DNA of 64,000 bases from Mobula hypostoma (taxonomy: Eukaryota). The notes under the pieces were generated by a model. That model was not told where the DNA came from. It saw only the letters and a program-made list of their open reading frames with translations, and did not search any database. Shown here piece by piece: positions 23,801-36,889 of the stretch. The stretch lies in contig NC_086097.1 in assembly GCF_963921235.1 (NCBI RefSeq), positions 175,028,001 to 175,092,000 on the forward strand, read 5' to 3'. Every line of letters begins with the position of its first letter. The first letter of the stretch is position 1. The translations under genes and the position numbers were made by a program.

Positions 23801-23977
23801 ATGAGTACGAACCGTCTTTGACCCAAAATATCTCATTACCTGCCTTCTGTTTTTGTTTCTGGGCCAGTTAGACTTTTCAATTTCCTCCTCTGGGTTTGAT
23901 AGGGTGGGCAGTTTTGTGGAATCCACGTAACTAAACACGTCTGTTGGCCAGACATGTACTTCAGTTGTGTGACCAGG
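23801..23977 (+). repeat. Diverged duplicate of RIDA intron 5 sequence flanking the Charlie insertion (empty site)
   Basis: ctctgggtttgatagggtgggcagttttgtggaatccacgtaactaa...ttggccagacatgtacttcagttgtgtgaccagg aligns with ~20816-20971 joined to 22169-22192. Confidence 0.85.
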
Positions 23978-24249
23978 ATTGATGGTAACACAGAGCTCCT
24001 TTATCTGAGTCTGTTAATATTTCCACCAACTCTGCAATGACTTGCTCAGTCCTAGTGGTTTGGATGCATTTGGCAGCCAAGCTCTCAGCATGTCTGTATA
24101 TTGGGACTCTTCAAGTTGTCGCACTTCAAGGTACTTGCAGTAGTAGATGAAAGGAAGACAGGTGACTTATGTGAGCATAGAAGGTACTGCATAGTTAAAT
24201 GCCGTAGACCCCAAATGCTCCATGTCAATACTTTAATTTTCATTTTCAT

Positions 24250-24505
24250 TTATTTTATTTTTATTTTGGCAATACAGTGTGTGGTCGGCCCTTCCAGCCT
24301 CAGTAATCACCGACAAACCCAATTAACCCTAACCTAATCACAGCACAATTTACAAAGACCGATGAAGCTACTGGTTATGACTGGACTGTCAGAGGAAACT
24401 GGAGCACCCACACATTCCACAGGGATGATGTACAGAGGCTCCTCACAGATGGTGCCAGAATTGAATTCCAAAATGCCCTGAGCTGTGGAGTGTTGCACTT
24501 ACTGT
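24250..24505 (-). mobile_element. SINE fragment (V-SINE/HE1-like)
   Basis: acaatttacaaagacc...ggactgtcagaggaaactggagcacc; related to 59207-59455. Confidence 0.55.
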
Positions 24506-24521
24506 TACACACATAATGATA

Positions 24522-25255
24522 GTGGTTTAAGATGGTGCTGGTGGAGCTCAACGACTACTTGCTGGTGGCAAATAAAACAAAGAAAACAACTGAATACTTT
24601 ATTGATCACACTTTTCCTGGTAAGTGATCACTGCAGGGACTGTAACTTCCCTGTTGGAGTTGAGCTTTTAAACTGCCCGTACGACCTGCCATTTTTGCAG
24701 TGTGAGCTGAAGTCTCAAACATGCAGGATGGTTGCAGTGAAGTGCCTACAGGCAAAATGGAGACAGCAAGGTCCGTGCTGGAGCGGACTTGAAGGCAATT
24801 TGATACAGCATATCCGAGGCGAGGCAGAGTCGAGGTGGAGCCTGGTACCAAGAACGAGGAAAGACCCGAGGTTTGATCGATTTAAGCACTGAGCTGAATT
24901 GGAAAGGTTGGGTACAGGCTGAATCAGGGTGGTGGGGCTTGGGCCCAAGAATGTATGGAAGTGGCAGGGCCCAGGTTCGGGCAATTTAAGCACCAGACCA
25001 GATTGAAAAGATCAGGGTGTCAGGGCCGGAAGTGAAGATGGGCCGTTTCAACTCACTGCTCCGTGAGATTTACTCATCTCTGCACTGAACTAATGCTGTG
25101 GCCTGCAAATAATGGGCTTTTGAATCAGCTACAGTGATGGCTCATTTTCATGAACTTTAGTTCTGAATGCTATTTGCTTCCTTTTTATTTGCACGATTTG
25201 ATTTTTTTTCTCTCTGCACAGCAGATGTTCGGTCTTTTGTTTTAATGGGTTCTAA
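24522..25255 (+). repeat. Unclassified interspersed repeat, copy 1
   Basis: Shares ctgtaacttccc, ccagattgaaaag.tcagg.tgtcagggccgga, gctgtggcctgcaa and tttcatgaactttagttct with 62245-62895. Confidence 0.7.
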
Positions 25256-25264
25256 TGCCTTTCT

Positions 25265-27170
25265 CCTCATAGTTATGTAGCACAGAAACAAGCCCTTCAG
25301 CTTAAATTGGCCATGCCAACCACAATGCCTCCCTGAGCTAGTATAATTTGCTCGAGTTTTGCCCATGTTCCTCTAAACTTCTCTATGTAACTGTCCAAAT
25401 GCCTTTTAAACATTGTAATTGTCCTATACAATTTTCTCTGGCAGCTTGTTCTACATACCCACCACTATCTGTCTGGGAAAAGTTGCCCTTACAGGTCCTA
25501 TGAAATATTTCCCCTCTCACCTTAAACCTATGCCCTCTAGGTTTTGACTGCCCAACCCTGGGGAATAAACTGACCATATACCAGATCCATAAGACATAGG
25601 AGCAGAATTAGGCCATTAGGTCTGCTCCACCATTCCATCATGGCTGATCCCAGATCCCACTCAACCCCATACACCTGCCTTCTCGCCATATCCCTCGATG
25701 CCCTGACTGATCAGGAAACAATCAACTTTTGTCTTAAATATACCCACAGACTTGGCCTCCACCACATTCTGTGGCAGAGAATGCCACAAACCTACTACTC
25801 TCTGGCTAAAAATTTCCTCTTCACCTCTTCTAAAGAGTTGCTGCTCAATTTTGAGCTGTGCCCTCTAGTTCTGGATACCCTGACTGTGGGAAACATCCTC
25901 TCCACATCCACCCTGTCTAGTCCTTTCAACATTCAGTAGGTTTCAATGTGATCCCCTGCATTCTTTTAATTCCAGTGAGTACAGGCCCAAAGCTGCCAAA
26001 CACTTGTCAAATGTTAACCCCTTCATTCCCAGAATCATCCTCGTGTACCTCCTCTGAACTCTCTCCAAAGACAACACATCCTTTCTGAGATATGGGGCCC
26101 CAAACTGATGACAATACTCCAAGCGCAGCCTAACTAGTGTCTTGTAAAGGCTCAGCATTATCTCCTTGTTTTTATATTCTATTCTCCTTGAAATAAATGC
26201 CTACATTGCTTTTGCCGCCTTTACCACAGACTCAACCTGTAAATTAACCTGGGAGTCTTGCCTGAGAACTCCTAAGTCCCTCTGCACTGTTGATGTTTGA
26301 ACTTTCTCTCCATTTAGATAATAGTCTATTGTTCCTTTTACCAAAATGCATTATCATACATTTCCCAACACTGCATTTCATCTGCCACTTTTTTGCCCAT
26401 TCTTCCAATTTGTCTAAGTGCTGCTGCAATCACATTGCTTCCTCAGCACCACCTACCCCTCCACCTATCTTCCCATCATTTGCAAGCTTTGCCACAAAAC
26501 CATCAATTCCATTATCTAAATCATGGACAAACAATGTGAAAAGCAGCGGTCCTAATACTGGCCCCTGAGGAACACCACCAGTCACTGGCAGCCAATGAGA
26601 AAAGGCCCTCTTTAGTCCCACTCACTGCCTCCTGCCTGTCAACCATCCTGCTACCCACACCAGTATCTTTCCTGTAATGCCATAGGAGTTTATCTTGTTG
26701 AGCACCTTATCAAACACCTGAAAATCCAAGTAAATGATATCCACTGCCTCTCCTTTGTTCACCCTGCTTGTTACTTCCTCAAAGATTTATCAGGCAAGAG
26801 TTCCCTTTACAGAAACTATACTGACTTTGACTTATTCGATCAATTGTCTCCAAGTACCTCTAAGCCCCATCCTTAATAATAGACTCCAACACTTTTCCAA
26901 CCACTGAGATTAGGCTAACTGGCCTATAATTTCCTTTCTTTTGCCTTCCTCCCTTCTTAAAGAGTGGAGTGACATTTGCAATCTTTCATTCCTCTGGGAT
27001 CATGCCAGAATCAAGTGATTCTTGAAAGATCCTGAACAATGTATCCGTTATCTCTTCAGCAACCTCTGTCAGGACTGTAGAATGAAGTCCATCTGGCCCA
27101 GGTGACTTAACCACCTTAAGACCTATGAGTTTGCCAGCACTTTTTCCTTTGTAATGGCAATGGCACTCAC
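25265..27170 (-). mobile_element. CR1 LINE fragments (two adjacent copies)
   Basis: KSPGPDGLH, GVPQGPVLGPLLF, LYKTLVRLRLEYC.QF..PYLRKD...LERVQRR; CR1 tails at ~25590 and ~25270. Confidence 0.88.
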
Positions 27171-28249
27171 TCCTGTTCCCCGACACTCACGGTCCTCTGG
27201 CACACTGCATGATTTTGTAAATCCCTCAACCTCCTATACTGCAGGGGGGAAAAAGCCCCAGCTTATCCAGTCTCTCCTCAAACATGTCATCCTGTCTCAG
27301 CAACATGGTGAGATCAAATCAGGTGACGTGGTTTCAGACTATGAGATTACTTATGGAGCGGAGGAACAATTTCCAAGAGTTGTGTTTTTTGTTTTTTTTT
27401 TGGAAATTTCTACTTGAAGACTGAGGAAGCCCTCCCTAATTGTTTGAACATATTCAATGACGTGACAGTGTTTTAATCCAACAGGCATGTTAAGGGTCAC
27501 AGGGTGCAGGTAGGTCCAGAGCAGGCTTGAGAGGCCATAAAGCTTACAGTTCCCATTGATCACATTCTTGGCTTTGTGCAGAGAGATATTTCCATTGCAA
27601 GCTTTAGTTTCGTTAGAACACCTTGCATTCTTCATTAAACAACATTAGTCATTTCTGGTAAGTTGGCGGCACACCTGATCACAGCGACTTCTATGGGACC
27701 AACTAAATGTGTTATTGCCTTTATTAAACATTTTTTTATAATCGCTAGACCCTGCTGGACATAAGTACTGCAGGTCTACCCCATCAGTGAGTTGTTCATT
27801 GGTGGAGAACCTGAAGGAGCTCGACTTGGTGCAAATCATGTTGCTGCCTTTGTCAGAGAGGCATCGGAGGAGTTGGTGCGCAATGATGGTGTGCAGTCTA
27901 ACAGCAAGCGATTGGCTTAGTCACTTGTGATTGCAAGACCCTATTGGACATTGTTAATGTGGAATACTGCAAGTCTGATTCACTGATCTATTGGCGAATG
28001 GTGGGGGAGCTGCATGGCCTTGGTCATAGCAAGGACAGGCCTCAGGCCACCCAGGAGAGACGCAATGCACTGGAGTGCCAGGGACAGTATGGTACAGTGT
28101 CCAAGCCGGAGATGGTGCTGCCCCCAGTGTTTGCCCAGCAAAAGACAAGCCATATTGTATTTGACTGCAGACTGCTGCAACATTCATGGTCTCAGGGTCT
28201 TGGACTAAATTTTTTTGTGTGCTTAACTTGACTAAAACTTGAATCAATG

Positions 28250-29700
28250 AAGGATGCTCGATAGTTGTGGCGGGCCTTGAATATCATCACTTCTTGTAAA
28301 GTAAAGTCAAGTGACACAGGCAACAACAGGGCTTTACTTCCAGATGAGTTCAATGCCTTCTATGCATGATTTGACTGTCGAAACATAGAGGAACTCCTGC
28401 AGCCCCTGATGATCCTGTGATTTCAGTCCCAGGCTGACATACAAGCCATGAAAAGCATCCGGCCCTTATGGGGTGCCTGGCCACGTATTAAAGACCTGTG
28501 ATGATCCACTGGCTAAAAATGTTCACTGAGATCTTTAATCCCTCACTTCAGCAGTCTGGGGTATCCACCAGCTTCAAGCTGACTTCACTTTTACTGGTGC
28601 CTGAGAAGAATGTAGTGAACTGCCTCAATAACTATTGTCCAGGAGCACTTACATCCACAGTGATGAAGTGCTTTAAGAGGTTGGTGATGAAACATATCAA
28701 TTCCTGCCCGTGAAATGACTTGGATCCATTCTAGTTTGCCTAGTTTGACAGCAGATGCCATCTCATTGGCTGTACACTCAACCCTGAAACTCCTGGACAG
28801 CAACGATGCATTTAGTGACCACAGCTTGGCATTCAATGCCATCATTACCTCAAAACTAATTAATAAGCTTCAAGATCTTTGCCTCAATACCTCCCTGTGC
28901 AATTGGATCCTCAATTTCCTCACATACAGTCAATTTGGATTGGCAACAACATTTCCACAATCTCCATCAGCACAGATGCACCACAAGGCTATGTGTTTAG
29001 TATCCTGCTCTACTTCCTTTACACTTCTGCCTGTGTTGCCAAGCACAGCTCCAATGCCAACTTCAAGTTTGCTGATGACACCACTCTCATAGGCTGAATG
29101 TGGTGATGAATCTGGCTGACTGGTGTCAACAGCCGCTCACTGAATGTCAGCAAGACCAAGGAGTTGATTACTGACTTCAGGAGGAGGAAACCAGAGGTCC
29201 ACGAGCCAGTCCTCATAGGAGAGTCAGAGGTGGAGAGGGTCAGCAACTTTAAATTCCTCGGTGTTGTCATTTCAGAGGACCTGTCTGAGCCCAGGACATA
29301 AATGTGATTATGAAGAATGCATGGCAGTGCCTCTACTACTTTAGGAGTTTGTGTAGATTTGGCATGACATCTAAAACTTTGACAAGCTTCTATAGATGTG
29401 CAGTGGAGAGTATATTGACTGGCGGCATCACAGCCTGGTATGGAAACACCAATGCTCTTAAACGAAAAATCCTACAAACAGTAGGATAAGGTACAAGAGC
29501 CTCAGGACCTACGCCACCAGGTTCAGGAGCAGTTATTACCTGTCAAGCATAAAGCTCTTGAACCAAAGGGGATAACTTCACTCCAGTTGTCCCATTGAAA
29601 TGTTCCCACAATCTATGGACTTGCTTTCAGTGACTTTTCAGCTCATGTTATTGATATTTATTGCTTATTTATTATTGTTGATTCTTTTTGTATTTGCACA
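28250..29700 (+). mobile_element. Rex1/Babar-type LINE, degenerate RT
   Basis: [85 protein letters not shown]. Confidence 0.85.
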
Positions 29701-31184
29701 GTTGGTACAATCTTTCATTGATTCTATTATGGTTATTATTCTATTATGGATTTATTGAGTAACTTTGCCATCTTATATGAGCTACATGTTCATTATGCTG
29801 TTCCTCCAGCAGACCATGTGTTGCTTGGTTTATTGAATCCTGGGTCAAGCGAGAAATTGTAAAATAAAACTAGGTCAAAGTCTTAAACCAAAGATTGGGC
29901 CAGAATTAGAACTAGAGATCTCGACCTGATGCGCTCAATAAGTTTTCCCTTGCTCTGCACAGTAACTGCAATTGCTATTTCTTTGGGAAACCATGTAAAG
30001 TGTGATCATAATGCCTTGTCATATTTAGTAAGCCTGGTTGAAATGCAAGTAAAGAATAAGCCACATGAAGACTTGTGGTATTTTTGAAAGCTGTTATATA
30101 TTTCACATCCTTCAACATAGACACCTAAGTAAATCAAAACACAGGTCATTTTAAGGAAGTATATAGCTCTTGTGATGCATCATCTCCCTTCTCAACATAA
30201 CAATATGTAGAGATCAGGAAGCGTTTCCAGGCTGCTACTTGTTTCAGTTGGATCTGGGCTCTTCTGTTTCTTAAATCCATCTACCCAGCCGAGTCCATAA
30301 ACCATAATTCATAGTATCTTTGCAAAACAAAAATATCTTATTAAAAATCATATTTGATCTGTTAGATCAAATTTCATATAAACGTTTTACATATGTGACC
30401 AATCATAAAATTATTTATATTTTTATCTACATAATGCAATGAACATTAAAATGACCACTTTGGTGGAAAACCTAATCAAGGCATCTCAGCCGACCAACAG
30501 TACCCAGTATTACAAGCAACTTGGTGGAGCTCTCAAAGTCCATACACCAACAGAACTATTCATACTATGAAGCCTTCTATAAAATCATTAGTGTTACAAA
30601 ACAAGGAATGCCTTTTTAAAATGATGCTTTACTTTCGTACAGTTGAGGTTACATAATACCACCAGATTGTCACAATCCCCTCTTTTTAATGACAAGTTGA
30701 CTATTCAACGCCGTTTTGTCTCAATTTTTTCTTTTGTTTAGTTTGCTGGTTTTCTTCTGAATAAATTTTAAAGCAATTTTGTTTTTAAGTTGTGATATTC
30801 CAGTCCCACATTAGAAAGATCGGCACATGCTGAGATTTTGTTGACTTCATGGTGAATGTAGAGTGAAAAGTACCAGCTGCAGAGAAAAAAACCTGTCCCT
30901 GCCTCTCACCTGTACAGTGATGTAACTGTATTGTCTAAGCAGATCAACAGCACACCGAGTTATCCAGCTGAATGTATTGGTTGGCTATAGCTTGGCAAAT
31001 ATTTGTAGAAACACCAGACCAAAGTTGAGTAAAAGCAGCTTCCTCTTTCTTCGGCAGGATGGCTGATACTGACTCTTAAAACCTCTCAAGGAGAGTGATT
31101 GCAAGATTTGAAGCAGCTGTACAAGTTCCAGGTGAGAGGAGAATATTAATGGGAGAGCTTCTCAAAATTGTAGCAAGCAAAGGT

Positions 31185-31207
31185 TTAATCTTCTTTATTT
31201 TTTGTTA
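31185..31207 (-). CDS. ERICH5: Probable terminal coding exon of the ERICH5-like gene
   Basis: Strong acceptor tattttcttccttttag| then TA ACA AAA AAT AAA GAA GAT TAA; joins in phase to the donor at 33174 to give ...EPITKNKED*. Inferred from splice signals only. Confidence 0.5.
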
Positions 31208-33173
31208 CTAAAAGGAAGAAAATATTGAAAGTAGGTTTTACTTTGGATTGGATATCTACACAATGTAGACAGCAGCAAAATATCAACAAAATGATTAATT
31301 TAAGACTATAGATATAGGAGCTGAACTAGGCTATTTGCTCTGCCATTCAATCACAGTGGATTTATTTTTCTCAATCCCGTACCCACCATTTCCCTGTGAC
31401 CCTTGACCCAATTATTAGTCTACAACCTGTCAATCTCTGCCTTAAATATACATAATAACTTGGCCTCCATATCCAGCCTTGGCAACAAATTCCACAGATT
31501 CTGGCTGAATCATAACTGGAATTTCTTCAGCCAACATTCTCTGGCAGAAAAAATTCCTTCCTCATCTCAGTTGTAAATGGATGTCCATTTATCTGAAGCT
31601 GTGCTCTCTTTCTAGATTCTCCTACTAAAAGTAACATCCTCTCCACATCCATAAACTCTAGTATTAGAAATATTCTGGCACATTTTATTTATTAGTAGTT
31701 AGATCACATATTGCTGTTTATTTCAGTATTTCACATTTGGATATTTGTTTACTATTAGAGTGAAGCTTGGTATCAGCCATTTCTGGTTTACTTCACATTG
31801 TACAAGAACTCAACTAGAAACCTTCTGATATGAGGCATGCCTGCACATCACCTGTGAACTGTATCAAATGGCATTGGATAATGCTGAGGTTTCCTTGGAA
31901 GTCAGCATGGAAGCGGATAGCTAAGGAGTAAAGCTGTTGGAAAATACTAATGCTTTAATAGCCTTGTATGGATTTTTACCAAAACTGATTCCGGAAATTT
32001 AATTTACTTATTAGTGAACACAGGACAGAAAACAGCTCAGGAACAGACCTTTTGGCCCATCATAGCTGTGCCAAACATGGTGCCAAATTAAACTGAATTT
32101 CTTCTGCCTGCACACAGTCCATATCCTTCCATATTCATGTAACATCTAAAAACCTCTTTAATGCCACTAGCATATTTGCTTCCTCTGCTATTCCTTGAGG
32201 CAAATTCCAAGCACCCAACACTCTCTGTGTAAAATAAATAAACAAAATCTTTTTTAAGTTGTCCCACATATCTCCTTTAAACTTTCCCCCTTGTGAATTA
32301 AGTGCATGTCCTCCAGAAACACAGAGATTCAGTAGATGCTGGAAATCTGGAGCAATGCACACAAAATGCTGGAGGACTTCAGCAGGTCAGGCACCGTCTA
32401 TGTAGAGGAATAAACAGTCAACGTTTTCCTTTAGCATTTCCCATTTTGATCCTGAGAGAAAGATTCTGATTGCCTATGCTCTCTATCTCTCATTATTTTA
32501 TAAGCTTCTACCAGGATTCTCCTCAGCCTCCAATGCTCCAGAGAAAACAGCCCAAGTTTGTCCAGATGGACTCCTAGCCTCACAATCTACCCTGTTATGA
32601 TCTTGTACTTTTCAATTGCTTTTCTACATTGATTTTGTTTTACTAGTTTAATGCACTGTGTAACTATTTGATCTGTATAAACAGTATGCAAGACAAGCTT
32701 TTCACTGTATCGTTGTACAGTACGTGCCAAAAATAAACCAATACCATTAGCGATACCAGCCTCTCCTTATTAGCACATGCTCTCCAGCTGAATTCAGGTT
32801 CTGAAAATTTACTTTACTTGTTAAAGTGTAACAAAGACTTGTTATTTAATCTAGTCTCTCAGTGGAAAGCACAACGTTTACAGTGCTGGAAACTACCAAG
32901 GAAGGGGGTTTAGTGGATATATCTTGGGCCATGGTTATCTAGTTACCAGCTTGCATCTCTGATTCTGTAATGTTGTAGAAGTGTTAGGTTGGAGATGCTA
33001 CAAATAGCACGTATGGGCACAGTTGGATGAAACTTTAGGATCAGGGGCCTCAAGACCATAAGAAATTCAAGATGGGCAATAAGATGGTTTCTCCTTGTTA
33101 ACCTATTGTTCAGCCCATGTTTAGTCTGGTGAGGGATTTGCACATTTAATAAACAACCTTATTTCTAACATAC

Positions 33174-33284
33174 TTGGCTCTATCGGCTCAGGAGGCAAAA
33201 GGTCTTCAGATGTCTCCACTTCATTTTCCTTTTCATCATTGGCTTTGATGGCTGTCTTGCACTCCATTTTCTCTCCTGTCTCAC
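33174..33284 (-). CDS. ERICH5: ERICH5-like exon
   Basis: tttccatgtccag|GTGAGACAGGAGAG... encodes (G)ETGEKMECKTAIKANDEKENEVETSEDLLPPEPIEP; GETGEK matches my recollection of mammalian ERICH5 (IEGETGEKVE). Candidate donor AA|gtatgt; without splicing the frame stops at 33121. Confidence 0.75.
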
Positions 33285-33601
33285 CTGGACATGGAAACCA
33301 TGAAATCTGAGTCAAGTTACCTATCCGGATGAGAACAACAGAAGTGAGCAAATCAGAAAATGAGTTACCGGAAGTTATATGATTTGATACCGAGTCTTCC
33401 TCCCGCATTATTTCAGTGCAATCCAATGTAAGCTTGAGGAATAATGCCTCTTCTGTCTGGGCACGTTGCAGACTCAATATCAACTTCAACAACTTTAGGT
33501 AATTCACATTCTTTGGCTGCAGCAGAACTGTCTGGGTCTTCAGTCAACCATCTGTGATATTGGCTCAGTTTAGCTCCTTGCACTGGTACATCCTGATATT
33601 A

Positions 33602-33754
33602 TAGGTCGACCTTCACTAATCCGGCACCATTGGGACTTGAGGAGTGCCGGATTAGTGAAAATGCCGAATTACAGAAGGATCACATTAAGCATAATCAGTG
33701 CCGGATTATCGAAGGAACTGGATTACAGGTAGTTGGATTAGTGAAGGTCGACTT
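33602..33754. mobile_element. Tc1/mariner-pogo type MITE
   Basis: TIRs GTCGACCTTCACTAATCC / GGATTAGTGAAGGTCGAC, TA on both sides, internal ccggatta repeats. Confidence 0.8.
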
Positions 33755-33944
33755 TACTATTATCACTTGCAATACAATATCACGTAAGGGTTGCATTTTG
33801 CATTATTTCAGATTGCACTACAATCTTTGTACCATTTCTGTTGTTCAGCACTCGTATTTATTATTACATGTATACCGTTTACTCCATGGACTTCATTTCA
33901 ATTTCATTGCACCATGAAGTATATGACAAATAATCTAAACTAAT

Positions 33945-34447
33945 TCTACTGCTACAACGAGGCCACTCTCAGGTTGGAAGAGCAAAACCTGTTATCCGTC
34001 TGGGTAGTCTTCAACCTCATAGTATGAACTTTGATTTCTCTAACTTATCCCCCTGCCCCCTTCTCTCTTTTTCCATCCCCATTCTGGCTCCCCTCTCACT
34101 CTGTCTTTTCTCACCTGCACATCACCTTCCTCTGGTGCCCCTCCTCCTTTCCTTTCTCCCATGAACTACTGTCCTGTCAGATTCCTCCCTCTTCAGCCCT
34201 TTACCTCTTCCACCAATCACCTCCCAGCTTCTCATTTCATTGTCCCTCCTCTACCCACCCACCTTGCCCTTCACCTGGTCTCACCTATCACCTGACAGCT
34301 TGTACTCCCATATTCTTATTCTGACTTCCTTGCCTCTTCCAGTCCAGTCCTGATGAAGGGTCTCAGCCCGAAACGTTGACTGTTTATTGCTCTTCATAGA
34401 TGCTGCCTGACCTGCTTCGTTACTCCAGCATCTTGTGTGTGCTGCTC
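33945..34447 (+). mobile_element. Older Penelope-like 3' fragment
   Basis: gaggccactctcaggttggaagagcaaaacc...ctgggtagtcttcaacct (endonuclease C-terminus), pyrimidine-rich UTR, tail gatgctgcctgacctgct. Confidence 0.8.
34346..34381 (+). ncRNA. Minimal hammerhead ribozyme motif
   Basis: AGTC-CTGATGA-AGGGTCTCAGCCC-GAAA-CGTT-GACT (GUU triplet). Confidence 0.75.
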
Positions 34448-36100
34448 CAATCTAGTCCAATCCTTTGATCTATAACTATCTGTCAACTTTTACCCATCGA
34501 TCTCTACATATTCCCACAGTTAATCCTAACCTCATCCTAATACACATATACTCTTTTTGTCCTGCCCATCCAACCCCAACCCAACTCTGCTACTAAATAA
34601 ACTATTTTTTCCTCTTTCCATGTATGCTGACTGACCTGCTTGAGCCTTTCCAACATTTTCTGCTTTTATGGCAATTTTGGGGATGGTGGTTGAATAGCGT
34701 AGGTGAATAACCAGTGCATTTTGCACATGGTATTCACTGCAGTCACTGTATGCTGGTGGTGGAGGGACTGAATGTCTTGAGTGATAGATGAGGTGTCCAT
34801 CAAACAGGCTGCTTCATTCTGCATAGTGTCAAGTGTTTTGAATATTGTTGGATCTAGATTCATCCAGGTGGGGTGGAGTACGAGGGTTTCCAGTCTTAGA
34901 ATTAATGCTAGACAGCAATCAGTGTTGGAATTCGGGGAAGTCTATGTCATAGAGACAGACCTTTAGCTTGTTTGGGAAAATGACGAGGCGATAGATAGGA
35001 GCTACAGGAAGGTAGTCACTCCTAAATTGCAAGAGGCAGGTAACTGGGTGACTGTCAGAAGAGGGAAAGGAAATGGGCAGCCAGTGCAAGAGTACCCTGT
35101 GGTCATTCCTGTCCCCCTCAATAATAAGTATATCACCCTTGATACTGTTGGGGGGGAATGACTACCGGGTGGAACTGCAGCAACTGTGTCGTTGCCATTG
35201 AGCCTGGCATTGTGGCTCAAAAGGGAAGGTGCGGGAGCGAAGAAGGCTGCAGTAGTGATAGGGGGTTCCATAATTAGAGGAGGGGACATGAGATTCTGTT
35301 TACTTGCAAGCGACACCCAGATGTTGCGTTGCCTCCCAACTGCCAGGGTCAGAGGTGTCTCTGATTGGGTCCATGGCATTCTAAAGGGGGGAGTCGAGCA
35401 GCCAGAAGTCTTGGTATATATTGGTACCAATGACATGGGTAGGAAAAGGGAGGAAGTCCTGAAGAGAGAATTTAGGGATTTGGGTAGAAAGCTGAAAAAC
35501 AGGACCTCCAGGGTAGTGATCTCCGGATTGCTGCCTGTGCCACGTGTTAGAGAGAGTAAGATAGGATCATTTGGCAGATGAATGCATGCCTGGTGCAAGG
35601 GGCAGGGGTTCAGAATTCTAGATCATTGGGATCTCTTCTGGGGAAGGTACGACTTGTACAGGAAGGACGGATTACACCTGAACCCAGGCGGGACCAATAT
35701 CCTTGTCAGCAGGTATTCTAGAGCTGTTGGGAATGGTTTAAACTAATTTGGCAGGGGGATGGGAACCAGAGTGATGAGTTATTTGCTATACAAGTAGATG
35801 CAGTGTGTAGTGAGACTGTTGGGAAGGACAGCAGATGACAGAGCAAAATTGCAGTCAGCGGGGTGAGTTGAAGTGTAACATGTGGACAAGATCGAAAAGG
35901 GTAATGAATGAAGGTGTTATACTCGAGTGCACGCAATATGTGGAATAAGGTGGATGAACTTGTAGCACAGTTAGAGATTGGCGGGTATGATGTTGTGGGC
36001 ATCACTGAGTCGTGGCTGAAAGAGGATCATAGTTGGGAGCTAAACATCCAAGGAAAGGACAGGCAGGTAGGTAAGGGGGGGTGGCATGGCTCTGTTGGTA

Positions 36101-36392
36101 GTTAGTTAAAGTCTGTCCCGAGCCTTATAGGCTCATCAGGCTGGTGCTTATGCCGGTTTCCGTGGCGTGAAGCGACTGAGAGTACGAGACTCCCCCTGCC
36201 CGCTAGGACGCCAGTCTATTGCGAGGTTAACCCCCCAGTATTTTGCCGGTACCCATTTTCAGCTGGGTGGACTGGAGCAGTGTGTGGTTAAGTGCCTTGC
36301 TCAAGGACATAACACGTTGCCTCGGCTGGGACTCGAACTCACAACCTTCAGATCACTAGTCCAACGCCCTAACCGCTTGGCCACGCACCACA
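36101..36392 (-). mobile_element. tRNA-derived SINE
   Basis: On - strand: A box TGGCCAAGCGG, B box GTTCGAGTCC, core gtccttgagcaaggcacttaaccacacactgctc, tail ending aactaac; 9-bp TSD CTGTTGGTA (36092-36100 / 36393-36401). Confidence 0.9.
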
Positions 36393-36889
36393 CTGTTGGT
36401 AAAAATAAAAGAAATCAAATCGTGAGAAAGAGGTGACATAGGTTCAGAAGATTTAAAATCTTTGAGGATAGAAATAAGAAATTGCAAGGTAAAAAGACCC
36501 TAATGGGAGTTACATACAGGCCTCTGAACAGTAGCCAGAATTACAACGGGAGTTAGAAAAGGCACATAATAAGGGCAAAGTCATGGAGGATTTCAATATG
36601 CAGGAAGATTGGGAAAATCAGTTTGTTGCTGGATCCCAAGACAGAAAATTTGTAGAATGCCCATGAGGTGGTTTTTTAGAGCAGCTTGTGGTTGAGCCAC
36701 TAGTGGAAATGCTATTCTAGATTGGGTGTTGTGTGACGAACCGGATTTGCTTAGGGAGTTTAAAATATAGGAACCCTTGGGAGGCAGTGATCATAATTTG
36801 ATAGAATTCACCCTGCAATTTGAGAGGGAGAAGCTAGAGTTAAATGTATACTATTTCATTGAAGCAAAGGGAATTACAGAGGCAAGGGG

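Noticed and set aside
36110..36145. CTGATGA plus hairpin GAGCCTATAAGGCTC in the SINE tail as another hammerhead
   Set aside because: No GAAA or NUH after the stem; better explained as a SINE/LINE 3' stem-loop
36320..36392. tRNA gene
   Set aside because: A and B boxes belong to a SINE head flanked by a TSD; I could not fold a convincing cloverleaf
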